Source of the DNA: Octopus vulgaris
Lineage: Eukaryota
Direction: 5' to 3'
Length of the DNA stretch: 64,000 nt
NCBI GenBank assembly: GCA_951406725.2
Contig: OX597818.1
Coordinates: forward strand, 125,116,001 to 125,180,000
The translations under genes and the position numbers were made by a program. Positions 1 through 10,880 of the stretch are shown in pieces. Below the pieces are notes generated by a model. That model saw only the letters and a list, made by a program, of their open reading frames with translations. It did no database searches and was not told the origin of the DNA. Position 1 is the first letter of the stretch, and every line of letters starts with the position of its first letter.

Positions 1-211
1 TAAATTTAAAATGGAGAAGGATGAAAGTTTTGGTAAGGGACGATTGAAGAGGAGTTTAGTGTGGAGTTTTAGAGACAAAACGGGGGTGGTAAGTGGTGGA
101 AGTAAAGATAAAATTTGTGGGTTTAAGTGGGAGCAGTACAGAGTCACTACAATTCAGAGGAGCAGTAGCTGTTGTAGTGGAAGGATATAATCTTTATATA
201 CAAATTTATAA

Positions 212-594
212 AGGTCACAAAAGTGACGGAGGGTACTGACCAGCACCAGCTATTGCTAGAAACAAGAGTTAGAACAACTCAAAAGCCACAAAGCACTGTA
301 CTTAATGACTGACTAAGGGAGGTAAGTCTCCAGCGTACAGATTTTGATGCATAGCATTAGCGACTCTTAACACCTAAGGTTAAACTCAACTAGCTCAGTC
401 AGTTTTATAAGAAAAACTGTTGAAAACCTGTGCTGTTTTTCAAAGCAGTAAAAGTGTAGACAACAGATTAAGTGGGAGGCTTATTAGCAATTAGAACCTT
501 TAGGCAAAATTAGTAGAGGTCACTAAAGTGACGGAGGGTACTGACCAGCACCAGTTATTGCTAGAAACAAGAGTTAAAACAACTCAAAAGCCAC
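212..594. repeat. Pair of ~78-bp direct repeats (212-289 and 517-594)
   Basis: AGGTCAC.AAAGTGACGGAGGGTACTGACCAGCACCAG.TATTGCTAGAAACAAGAGTTA.AACAACTCAAAAGCCAC occurs twice, 305 bp apart. Confidence 0.85.
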
Positions 595-642
595 GATTAA
601 GCGGCTGTGCGTTAAAACTCGAAATCGTACAATTAATCGTAT

Positions 643-712
643 AAATGGCGGTGCCCCAGCATGGCCACAGATCGTGAGCTGAAACTAGATAAAATAAAAT
701 TAAAAAAAAATT
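643..712 (+). mobile_element. Isolated 3' tail of a CR1-group LINE
   Basis: AAATGGCGGTGCCCCAGCATGGCCACAG..GTGAGCTGA.ACTAGATAAAATAAAAT is nearly identical to the 3' end of the LINE fragment at 63037-63305. Confidence 0.75.
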
Positions 713-1060
713 AATTATTATAAACAGCTGGGCGCAATATATTACCACAAAGGAACAGTCAATAGTCACTAAATGTGACTAAGCGTGCTGAGACACCTAC
801 ATTGCTAAAAATAAGAATAAAATACTCCTTGTGTTGTAGGAAGTGCGCAAATGTATACACATAAACTGACAGGGGAAGAAAACTCCCCATGACCGAAGCA
901 AGAATCTATCGAACTAAACGGTACGCTTCATCAGTGAAAGCCGTACTATCGACTGGTGTTGGCTAATTCCGTTTGACAGCATATACGTATTTACCATAGA
1001 AATCCATGGATGATTTAGCGGAATGCCAATGCGTATACAAAAAATCAATATAAACATCTA

Positions 1061-1230
1061 GGCGCAGGAGTGGCTGTGTGGTAAGTAGCTTGCTAACCAA
1101 CCACATGGTTCCGAGTTCAGTCCCACTGCGTGGCATCTTGGGCAAGTGTCATCTGCTATAGCCCCGGGCCGACCAATGCCTTGTGAGTGGATTTGGTAGA
1201 CGGAAACTGAAAGAAGCCTGTCGTATATAT
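1061..1230 (+). mobile_element. SINE-A, 5' half
   Basis: GGCGCAGGAGTGGCTGTGTGGTAAG head with A-box-like TGGCTGTGTGG and B-box-like AGTTCAGTCCC; matches the full copy at 5139. Confidence 0.9.
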
Positions 1231-1249
1231 AATAAAAATAATAAAATAA

Positions 1250-2080
1250 ACAATTGTAAAGAAGCGTCCTATAATGAAGAATTATAAAGTACCATTGTAC
1301 TGTAAACAATTATAAAGTAGATTTGTATAATAGACAATTAGAAATAGCAGGCTATAATGAACGCTTATAGAGTAGTGTTGTATGACAAATAATCATGAAA
1401 TAGAATTATATAATAACAGCTGGCCCTCAAAGAAGCGTTATTTAACTCGTCTATATGAGATTCTTTCTCGAGACGAATACCTCAGTTTCCAAGCTATCTT
1501 CAGTATATCGGCGTTAAGTATGATATACAGAATACAAATACTTTAGTATACTCTCTCTTTTACTCTTTTACTTGTTTCAGTCATTTTACTGTTGCCATGC
1601 TGGAGCACCGTCTTTAGTCGAGCAAATCGACTCAAGGACTTATTCTTTGTAAGCCTAGTTCTTATTCTATCGGTCTCTGTTGCCGAACCACTAAGTTACG
1701 AGGACATAAACACACCAGCATCGGTTGTCAAGCGATGTTGGGGGGACAAACACAGACACACTAACACACGCACACACACACACACACACATACACACACA
1801 CACATTTATATATATATACATACATACGGCGGGCTTCTTCCAGTTTAATCGGCCCGAGGCTATAGTAGAAGATACTTGCCCAAGGTGCCACGCAGTGGGA
1901 CTGAACCCGGAACCATGTGGTTCGTAAGCAAGCTACTTACCACACAGCCACTCCTACGCCTATAATGTACTTTAGTATAATGAACAGTTATAAAATTAGT
2001 GTTCCATAATGAACGATTATATATTACCGTTGTATAATGAAACGGCTATAAGATAGCATTGTATAACGAACGATAATGAA
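1250..2080. repeat. Degenerate ~29-30-bp minisatellite (GTATAATGAACGATTATAAAATAGCATT-like) interrupted by a SINE
   Basis: Recurrent TATAATGAAC...TTATA...TAGC units at 1250-1420 and 1961-2080. Confidence 0.6.
1551..1960 (-). mobile_element. SINE-A, near full length, small internal deletion
   Basis: Reverse complement of the 5139-5537 copy; 12-bp direct repeat TACTTTAGTATA at 1539-1550 and 1968-1979. Confidence 0.9.
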
Positions 2081-3393
2081 GCCTTAGTATGAAGATCAGG
2101 TTGACTAATTGATAAGGACAAGGTCATTGGAACACTTTTAAATTAAATATATAATTAAACAAAATAAGAGATTATTCTACTTAGTTTTTGTATCTGGTTT
2201 GCCAGATTCCTCATGTGAATTCGTGTGTTGAAATAAATTGTGTTGTGTCTGGTGAGAGTCATAGCGCCTTAATAGTGCTTAATATAACACACCCACCGGT
2301 TCAATTTCCACTCTTTTATTAATTATTTACTTATTTATTCCAGAGAGTTTTTTCGTCGCTGCATTTGCGACTGTATCAATGGATTTTGATTCTGAACGTC
2401 TGTTATTGAAGCTGCGTTCCTATTTTTCTGTTTTCGCTTTTTTTTTCTAAGATTTTGTTGTTGTTGTTGTTGTTATTGTGTGTGTGTGTGTGCGTGCGTA
2501 TTTTGGAATAAATGAATAAATAAGTGGAAATTGAACCGGTGACCGGTGAGTGTGTTATACCAAAGCATTATAACTCTCTCAAGACAGAGCAAAATAAGAG
2601 AAATGAGTGAAGTATTTTTTCTTTTGTTGACAACTGTTTCATAATATATATCCAGGTACACTAACAACGCTGAACCGCCATATACACATACAAATATATA
2701 TATATAGATGTATAATTTTGCTGTACCATAATGAATCAGATTGCACGTCAGAACATTTTATAGGTCTCAGCTAAATGTTTCCTGACCATGAAATATTCTG
2801 ATGAAATATTCGTCTATCATGCCATCGCTGATAGCTCCGCGAGACGACTTTGTAACGTTTACTTGACGGTAACTCGAACTCGTATATATCACGTAACTGA
2901 CACTGACTCCAACTGAGAACTCGTACAATGAATCTACTGCAACTGACCCCCACAACGACTGACTATCTGACTTTATAGTGACTGAGTCATACCACTTAGT
3001 TACGTGGGAAGGAGTGTATCATTTTCACTACAACAGAAATATTGCCAATGAACCCTCCACTATGTCATCAAATCATTAATAATCCATACTCTGTATCCAA
3101 TGTGCTCCAGGCAACGTAGAAAGCTGAAGTCTGAAGGGATAGTGATGAAATGCTTATCGGTGATGCTGGATTTCCTTGGCATGTCTATGGTTAATGATGG
3201 CCTGTCTTATCTTCCGAATAATAACGACAGAATCAACGATCTGATACAGTAAGTTATTCTAAAATATCTTTGTTGTTTATTTATGTTCTTGTTCTTTTTT
3301 CGGTTTCATTTATATCTAATATTCATTTATCTTTAATTGCTTCAGTAATTAGACAGCGGTTGTATTGGGCACCACCAAAAATGTTTATCAGAC

Positions 3394-3465
3394 TGGCTCG
3401 TCCTGTATTCGAACCCGGGACCTCTCGGACCCAAAGCGTGTATCATACCCCTAGACCAACGAGCA
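3394..3465 (-). pseudogene. tRNA-Pro(TGG) pseudogene
   Basis: Minus strand TGCTCGTTGGTCTAGGGGTATGATACACGCTTTGGGTCCGAGAGGTCCCGGGTTCGAATACAGGACGAGCCA (72 nt) matches metazoan tRNA-Pro, but has G1>T, two anticodon-stem mismatches and two T-stem mismatches; a T5 terminator lies ~12 nt downstream. Confidence 0.85.
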
Positions 3466-3861
3466 TTGTTCAATATTGTGCAAAAGACTAACATTTTTTT
3501 CACTATGTCCTAAATTGAAACCATACTGAGGTTGATTTACCTTTAATTTGCTTGTGTCCAAGAGTCAGCATTCCAAGAGTCATTTCTTTCCTCTGTATTG
3601 TGCTGCATGCAGACAATCAGCCAGGCTATTGTTTCCTGTCCATTCTTTGATGTTGTCAGTCCACTTTGACGGTCTCTCGCTCTCTTCTCTGCCAGACTTT
3701 CTGCCACTTCCTATTGGAGTAAAGTCAATTAAATTATAGTTCTCCTTTAGAAATGCCTTGGCTTCCGTTAATATCAGATGTCAATATATCATTTTTGCTT
3801 CTTTACATTCTAATGCAATTCTAACATCGACTGACTTCACCTTTTATCTTTTGGGGATCAA

Positions 3862-4030
3862 TATGGCTGTGTGGTAAGAAGTTTTCTTCCTAATCACATG
3901 GTTCTGGGTTCAGTCCCACTGTGTGCCACCTTGAGCTGTTGTGTTTTACTATAATCCCGGGCCAACCATAGTCTTTTAAGTGGATTTGGTAGACAGGAAA
4001 TGGAAAGAATCCTGTTGCTTTTATATACAT
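3862..4030 (+). mobile_element. SINE-A, degenerate 5' half
   Basis: TGGCTGTGTGGTAAGAAG...GGTTCAGTCCCACTG...GTGGATTTGGTAGAC. Confidence 0.8.
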
Positions 4031-4440
4031 GTGTACATTTATATATATAAAACATAAAACATATCGAAGGCGGCGGCTATACGCCTTATACAATATTAAC
4101 TCTTCAGTTGAGTCTCATGAGGGAAATTACTGGGTGGATGTTTAACGTGTTATTACCTGAAATGTAAAGTTTGTCGGGCTTCTTTTCCTTGATGAAAACC
4201 ATTGCTTTAGACTAGTCATGAACAAATTGCGGTTCATCGGATTTCTGAATGGCACACCTGACGAAAAATCAACTTGAATTTTTTTCGAGTAATGCAGCCC
4301 GCTTAATGAAGAGCCAAGTTTCATGCGGTTCGCTTCTCATGAAAGGTCGTCTGTGTCCACTTTAGACTTTTGTTACTGAAATCTTACATTCCACACATTT
4401 GCAAGTCCTCTGTTTAAGTCATTTACTGTCACTTCTTAAT

Positions 4441-4920
4441 TTAACTCTTTTGGTACCAACCTACATTGGACCGCCACTGGTTCTATAATAAAAACTCCCT
4501 GTGTTAAAATGATCTAAAAAAAAAAAAAAAACTTTCATCAACTCTTTAGCATTTAAACCGGTCATATCAGGACCGTATATACTTGTTTTAAGTTCGATTT
4601 GTTTTAAGTTCTACTTGTTTTAAGTTCAAAGTGGCTAGATCCAGCCTTTCACACCTACCCTATATTGTCATTCTAAAAACAAACAATCACACCATAAAAT
4701 CTTGAAGCTAAGAAATAAAACATTATTGGCTCAAAACAATGTGAATAAATAAGCATTGCATTTGACAGAGTAATCTGAATGCTAAAGGGTTAAATTTTCA
4801 AGTTTATGCTCAAAACACCACCATAATAGTGACAAAGTTATTGTATTAAATCCTTCATAATTTTAAAAATTCATTGCAACAAAGCAATGTATTCTAACAA
4901 AATATAGCAACAGCTGGATT
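4441..4920. mobile_element. Older MITE (TTAAC[C/T]CTTTTG.TACC end) interrupted by a piggyBac-like MITE
   Basis: Left end TTAACTCTTTTGGTACC; sequence resumes after 4793; right end degenerate. Confidence 0.45.
4538..4793 (+). mobile_element. piggyBac-like MITE
   Basis: TCAA-CTCTTTAGCATT ... AATGCTAAAGGG-TTAA termini; second, inverted copy at 57645-57852. Confidence 0.75.
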
Positions 4921-5138
4921 ACGCAGCACAACGTTTTTAGTAGGCTAGGACATATATGAAGATTAAGAGCAAAACTGAACTAAGTATGAAAAGTAGTTGG
5001 TCTGAGGCATTGATGTGTGACGGATCAACATGGGCAAAAAGAATGTCCTTGGTGGATCTGTTGCTGAGGTAGCTTTACCACCGTTTAAAAGTTTTCCATC
5101 TACTCTTGAGGACTTCATTCACTTAATAGTTCCATGTA

Positions 5139-5537
5139 GGCGCAGGAGTGGCTGTGTGTTAAGTAGCTTGCTAACCAACCACATGGTTCCGGGTTCGGTC
5201 CCACTACGTGGCATCTTGGGCAAGTGTCTTCTGCTATAGCCCCGGGCCGACCAATGCCTTGTGAGTGGATTTGGTAGACGGAAACTGAAAGAAGCCCGTC
5301 GTATATATGTATATGTGTGTGTGTGATTGTGTGTCTGTGTTTGTCCCCTAGCATTGCTTGACAACCGATGCTGGTGTGTTTACGTCCCCGTCACTTAGCG
5401 GTTCGGCAAAAAGAGACCGATAGAATAAGTACTGGGCTTACAAAGAATAAGTCACGGGGTCGATTTGCTCGACTAAAGGCGGTGCTCCAGCATGACCGCA
5501 ATCAAATGACTGAAACAAGTAAAAGAGTAAAAGAGTA
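5139..5537 (+). mobile_element. SINE-A, full length
   Basis: tRNA-like head, internal (TA)/(TG) tract, LINE-like tail GGCGGTGCTCCAGCATG...CTGAAACAAGTAAAAGAGTAAAAGAG. Confidence 0.95.
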
Positions 5538-6835
5538 TGTGAAAAGACAGTGAGGTCAGAAACTGGAATGCGAATCAGAAGTAAATTGAAGCTGAATTGC
5601 CGAATTAGAGATAATTATTTTTCTTTTTGCTGATATGCTTGTAGATACTTATAGGCAAATGGTTTCAAAAAATTTGTTAATTGTATTGAGTTATGGCACA
5701 GGTCAGGATTTTGATAGATCAGGTTCATGTGTCATTATATATGTGTCACAGAAGCAGTCTTTCACTGATTTGGAAATGCTCGAATCAAAAGTGAATCAAA
5801 TGCGACAGAAGCGACATGTGCATAGCTAATTCTTCAAAAATCTGGCAAGAATTTTACCGGAGGTGACGGGATGATCAATTTTCTGTTTATTTGCATTTTC
5901 TTCATATTGTCATTTTTGCATTAAATATCACGTTCTGTGGCATTGTTATCAGAATACTGTCTGATCAATGCATAGAGGATTTTTCTTTAGGAGTCTGGTA
6001 GAATGCAATGTCATAACAATTAACCATTATGTATACGGCTGCATTATGTTTAATTATGGAATATAGAGGAGTCCTACACCAAGGAGGATAACATCCTATT
6101 CATCATAATTGCAATTTCTTTTGAATTTTATAAAAAAAATCCCAAAGACTACGTTTGGTTTATTTGCAGATATCCGAATAGAGAATCTTCAGAATTCTGA
6201 TAGCTTTTGGAGAAGTTGACTTCTTCGAGGAACAGAGAAAGTGGCTGGAGATGCTGGCGGACACAGCCAAACTACTGGTTGCGCCTCGTGCCTATGTGTC
6301 TCTGAAAGAATTCCGGATTCCAGCTGAAGAACAATTTCAAAATAAATAGCAAGTGGTACTAAAATTCAAATGTAATTTATTATCATTAATATAGTTATCA
6401 TCGTTAATGTAGTAACTAAATGTTTAGTAGCATGTGCCTAAAATTCGAAGGATGTTTGTTGGTCACGTGATAAGAGACATTCAACGACCTTTTCGGCTTT
6501 AATTTGAAAACTTAAAGAGAAATTTCGTCATCATATAGAAAATCTTCTCCAAAACCAGACTCTACATTAACGGGTCCAAAAAAGTTCAGTATGTTCCTTT
6601 GAAAAACTATATCTCTTAAAGAATTAGAGAACCCTCAACGAATACATAATTTCCAGGGAAAAGATTTTTTTTTTGTATGTCCACATTTCAGGAAATATTG
6701 TCGGAATTTAAAAGTAGACCACAGGACACTTAGTAAACCATTAACGCCTTGTTGACGTCGGCTTGGCATCGAATTGATTATCTCCTTTGTGTTTTCGTTC
6801 TTGTTTGTCTTCTTCCTTACCAGTGTCTCTTGTAT

Positions 6836-7141
6836 TGTTGTTTGTTCTTTCTCGAGCCACGCCTGGCTTATAGGGCCGGTTTCCGGGTTTCCTTGGCATA
6901 TAGGTTCCCCACCTGGAAGGGATGCCGGTCTGTCGCAGGTGAACTGCAAGATGCAGGAGGAAAGAGTGAGAGAACGTTGTGGTGAAAGAGTCAGCAAAAG
7001 TTTCGCCAATACCTTCTACCGGAGTCGCGTGGAGCTTAGACATTTCGCTCTTAAACACACACATCACTCGATCTAAGATTCGAACCCGCAATCCCTCGAC
7101 TGCGAGTCCGCTGCTCTAACCACTAGGTCATGCGCCTTCAC
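6836..7141 (-). mobile_element. SINE-C (tRNA-derived), full length with 11-bp TSD
   Basis: Minus-strand head GTGAAGGCGCATGACCTAGTGGTTAGAGC...GGGTTCGAATC; TSD GTCTCTTGTAT at 6825-6835 and 7142-7152. Confidence 0.92.
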
Positions 7142-7342
7142 GTCTCTTGTATAAACGTCATCTATTCAAAAGACAACTTTCAAACAGTCTTGTTCTCAGC
7201 TTCTAAAAATGGCGAAATAAATTATTATTTCGACCAAGAAAATCTGGGTCGCTCTATTTAACAAGAATTGTAGTTTTTATTATAATACTATCTTTACTCA
7301 CTTAGCTGATCGAGTGCTTTTCTTAGCTGGTCGAGAGCCTTA

Positions 7343-7349
7343 CCACACA

Positions 7350-7414
<65 letters not shown>

Positions 7415-7612
7415 TTATGTACATGTAAGTGAATTCGGTGGAGGGAAAGTGCAGAATCCTGTTGCGTATACATACATACATACATACATACATACATGCA
7501 TGCATACATACATACATACATACATACATACATACATACATACATACATACATACATACATGCATGCATCCATACATAGATACATGCATGCATACATACA
7601 TACATATATACA

Positions 7613-7646
<34 letters not shown>

Positions 7647-7666
7647 CATACATACATACATACATA
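7343..7666. repeat. (CA)n and (TACA)n microsatellites
   Basis: Direct inspection. Confidence 0.95.
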
Positions 7667-8678
7667 CGAGGTTGTGCTGAAAAGTTCCTGGCCTAGAGTA
7701 AAAGAATATACAGGAGGTTCAGTTAACTATGATTTTATTCAACATATTCCCCACTCAGATCCATACACTTATTGCAGCGTCCTTCAGTTTTTCGGATCTT
7801 TTCTATTTGGTTGCCAGCGGCTGCCAGTGTCAATTTTTGTTCGAATTGATTTCATATTCAGTGTAATGATACACTTTTATAGGATAATTAATGACGTGCA
7901 AGTAATTTTTGCTATAAATCAATCAATAAAAAGTTATTAGTAATTAAATTTTGAAAATTTTGGTAATTTTAGCCAATCGTAAATCACAGACACATTCATG
8001 TCTGTTTTGATAGTAACAAGCTGAAACACGAGGACTCTTTTGCCTGTTGCCATAGTAACAGTCTTTGAAAAGCCTGCAAGGAAGCATGTGTTGACAACGG
8101 TCTTGTTTACTCGATTCTTTTTGACATTGAGCATTGAAGTGGTTGTGAGGTGTGCTAAAAATAACAGCTAGATAATATTGTTTCGATAAATCTTTTAAAT
8201 TAAAGTTTATTTGCCAACATTTCGCTCAAAGATTTAAAACTGTTTTTCTCTTTTAAATTAACATAAACATTTATTTACATGAAAGAAAATTACTGGAGAC
8301 ATAACACGTGATGTTTACAAACATTGACAACACGTGATATTTTCAGGATGTTGATGACAAAATGTGCAGTCACGCACAAAATGATTACTTCTAAATCCTG
8401 TTTCCTGACTGGGTGAAAATGATCAAACTTTAAAACTCTATAACATTTTAAAAACATTTTTCTGGAAAAAATGAAATAGCTCCAGCAATTCAGTTTGGGT
8501 AAGTGTATTATTGTGCCAAATTTTAAAATTTTCGGTAAACTTTAATTTTTGGAGCCGCTGGCAACCAAACAGAAAAGATCCAGTTTTTCTAAGCCCTGTA
8601 AAAGAACTTGGAAGGTTGGTCCTCCAGCCCGGCCTGTCGTGATACCCTTAAAGCCAGGAAATTTTCAATAGCACCTCG
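7667..8678. mobile_element. mariner-type MITE interrupted by a second element
   Basis: TA-CGAGGTTGTGCTGAAAAGTTCCTGGC ... GCCAGGAAATTTTCAATAGCACCTCG-TA imperfect TIRs with TA TSD. Confidence 0.85.
7794..8581. mobile_element. Non-autonomous DNA transposon with 8-bp TSD (Merlin-like by GG..CC termini)
   Basis: ~29-bp TIRs GGATCTTTTCTATTTGGTTGCCAGCGGCT / AGCCGCTGGCAACCAAACAGAAAAGATCC; TSD AGTTTTTC at 7786-7793 and 8582-8589; superfamily is an inference. Confidence 0.8.
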
Positions 8679-8698
8679 TATACACACACACACATTAA

Positions 8699-8750
<52 letters not shown>

Positions 8751-8751
8751 C

Positions 8752-8870
<119 letters not shown>

Positions 8871-9061
8871 GTAAAAAGGCTAATAAAATAAATTATTATT
8901 ACCGGTGATCTAGCACAAAAGACAAATTAGCCATTAGGCTATATGTTATTCATATATAAGTACATTAAAGGGCCTCTGAAAGAAGAAGCAAGTACTAGAT
9001 ACACAAAAAGTGGATAAATTCAATGAAATGAAAATCAAAAACGTTTACAAACTCGGCTCAT

Positions 9062-9136
9062 CTTATACAGCAGTTTCGTCTTTTTTTTTTAGCAGAAAAA
9101 TATAATTTATCTGCCAAGGCTAGACTCTTCAGTAAG
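9062..9136 (-). ncRNA. Minimal type I hammerhead ribozyme motif
   Basis: Minus strand CTTA-CTGAAGA-GTCT[long loop]AGAC-GAAA-CTGCTG-TA-TAAG; intact core, 4-bp stems I and II, near-palindromic stem III. Confidence 0.65.
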
Positions 9137-9264
9137 CAGCCTTTGTTATCCTAGAAGTACATATCGTTAGAAGCATGTGCGGTTCTACCGACTTGCATTC
9201 TCTAACTTTTCAGACCATTGCGCTGACGCAAAGCATACCCGGCATACCCTTTTTACTATATATG

Positions 9265-9301
<37 letters not shown>

Positions 9302-9584
9302 CAAGAGCGAGGGAAAGAGGGAGAGAGTGGGAGAGAGTTTATAAAGGGATTAAAATCCGAGCTGTGTTCCGAGGAAGCACCTCTGCGAATAAGCACCTAT
9401 CAAATTTGTATATGTAGAGGGGTTATCTTTATGAAGATAACTATCCATACAAGTTGAAATTCCAGGTCAACTATATTAGTCGCTGAGTATGGATATATTG
9501 AAATAGCACTGGATTTACTGCATTTTATTGAAACAGCTGTAGCTACAGTTGTTTCAATACAACATGTGAAATACATTTATTGAA

Positions 9585-9849
9585 CATAAATATTAACGAG
9601 AGGAAATATTTATCCTCGTTTAAGCATGGATGTTCTGTTGGAACAAACTATACTGCGGTAGTTATCATGAGAGAAACTATCATATTGGCTTTTGGTGCAA
9701 AATGCACTCTTGTGGTGTGATATAAACATTTTGCTCCAAAAAGCCAATATGAGAGTTTCTCTCTTGGTGAGTAGCGCAGTAAATTTTGTTGTAACAGGTT
9801 ATCTATGTTTAAGTGGGGATAAATATTTTTATAAATATTAATATTTATG
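9585..9849. repeat. Imperfect foldback (~120-bp arms), MITE-like
   Basis: GAGAGAAACTATCATATTGGCTTTTGGTGCAAAATG / CATTTTGCTCCAAAAAGCCAATATGAGAGTTTCTCTC, with weaker complementarity extending outward. Confidence 0.75.
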
Positions 9850-10614
9850 AATTCATAATATAATAGTACATATTACATATATTTTATGGTATCCTTGTGC
9901 ATTTCATCAGATTGAGTCTCAAAAAGAAAAGACTTAATACTTGGAGTATCACTGTATACACAAATGGTTCTTGAGTCTGAAATATTTAACAAAGACTTTC
10001 TTTCACCTGAAGACGTAGCTCAAATTTTGCATTATTTTGAACGGATTTTTTTTGCATTAATACAGACGGATGAGTAATTTATTTATTATTAAATATGATA
10101 ATATACATTATTTTCATCATAATTTTGAGTTACGAAACAATTTTATCGTGATTGTAGGATTTATCTTATTGTTAAATAAAAGTTCTTCAAACTATTTCTT
10201 AGTCATTTATGACTTTATACACTCCTTATCCTTTTCTCTTGTATATTACTATATATTCTCTGTTTTGTAGAATGATACGTTAAGGAGTATTTTAATGAGT
10301 ATAACCTTATTACTTGAATCCATATATTGTGGCTTATAAATAGACAAATAAGTAAATATATATATCTATATATATGCCCTAACAGAGGCTAGGAGTCCTT
10401 CACTTCCAATGGTTTAACCGCGCGATCGGGTAATCAGCCCGATTATTTCTTAAGACATTTATTTGATGGCCGTTGACTCTCAAGAGTTCCTCCGCCCTTT
10501 GACGGGTTTTTTTTTCATTCCGCAGGGTGTCCAATAAACACCCTCCTCACCAAGCAAGCTTGGTGGGGTTGCCGGTTTAGTCGCCGACGACCCGACCATA
10601 TATACATACATACA

Positions 10615-10717
<103 letters not shown>

Positions 10718-10802
10718 TGTCAGTGTGTTATTTATGTGCGTACTTATGTACACACATTCATGCATGCATAAATACGTACATGTATGTGTATACACACACA
10801 CA

Positions 10803-10880
<78 letters not shown>

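Larger units (their letters stand above)
2764..6349 (+). pseudogene. Candidate decayed multi-exon gene of unknown product
   Basis: Segments 2764-2868, 3037-3248, 4211-4345, 4949-5068 and 5752-5862 (AG..GT bounded) and 6170-6349 (AG to stop), with mostly compatible phases and few in-frame stops; no family recognised. Confidence 0.3.

Noticed and set aside
880-940. CTGATGA on the minus strand at 928-934
   Set aside because: No GAAA at a position compatible with stem II
1470-1512. Minus-strand CTGAAGA...GAAA...GTA
   Set aside because: Stem II and stem I essentially absent
3394-3465. Functional tRNA-Pro gene
   Set aside because: Five stem-disrupting substitutions; recorded as a pseudogene instead
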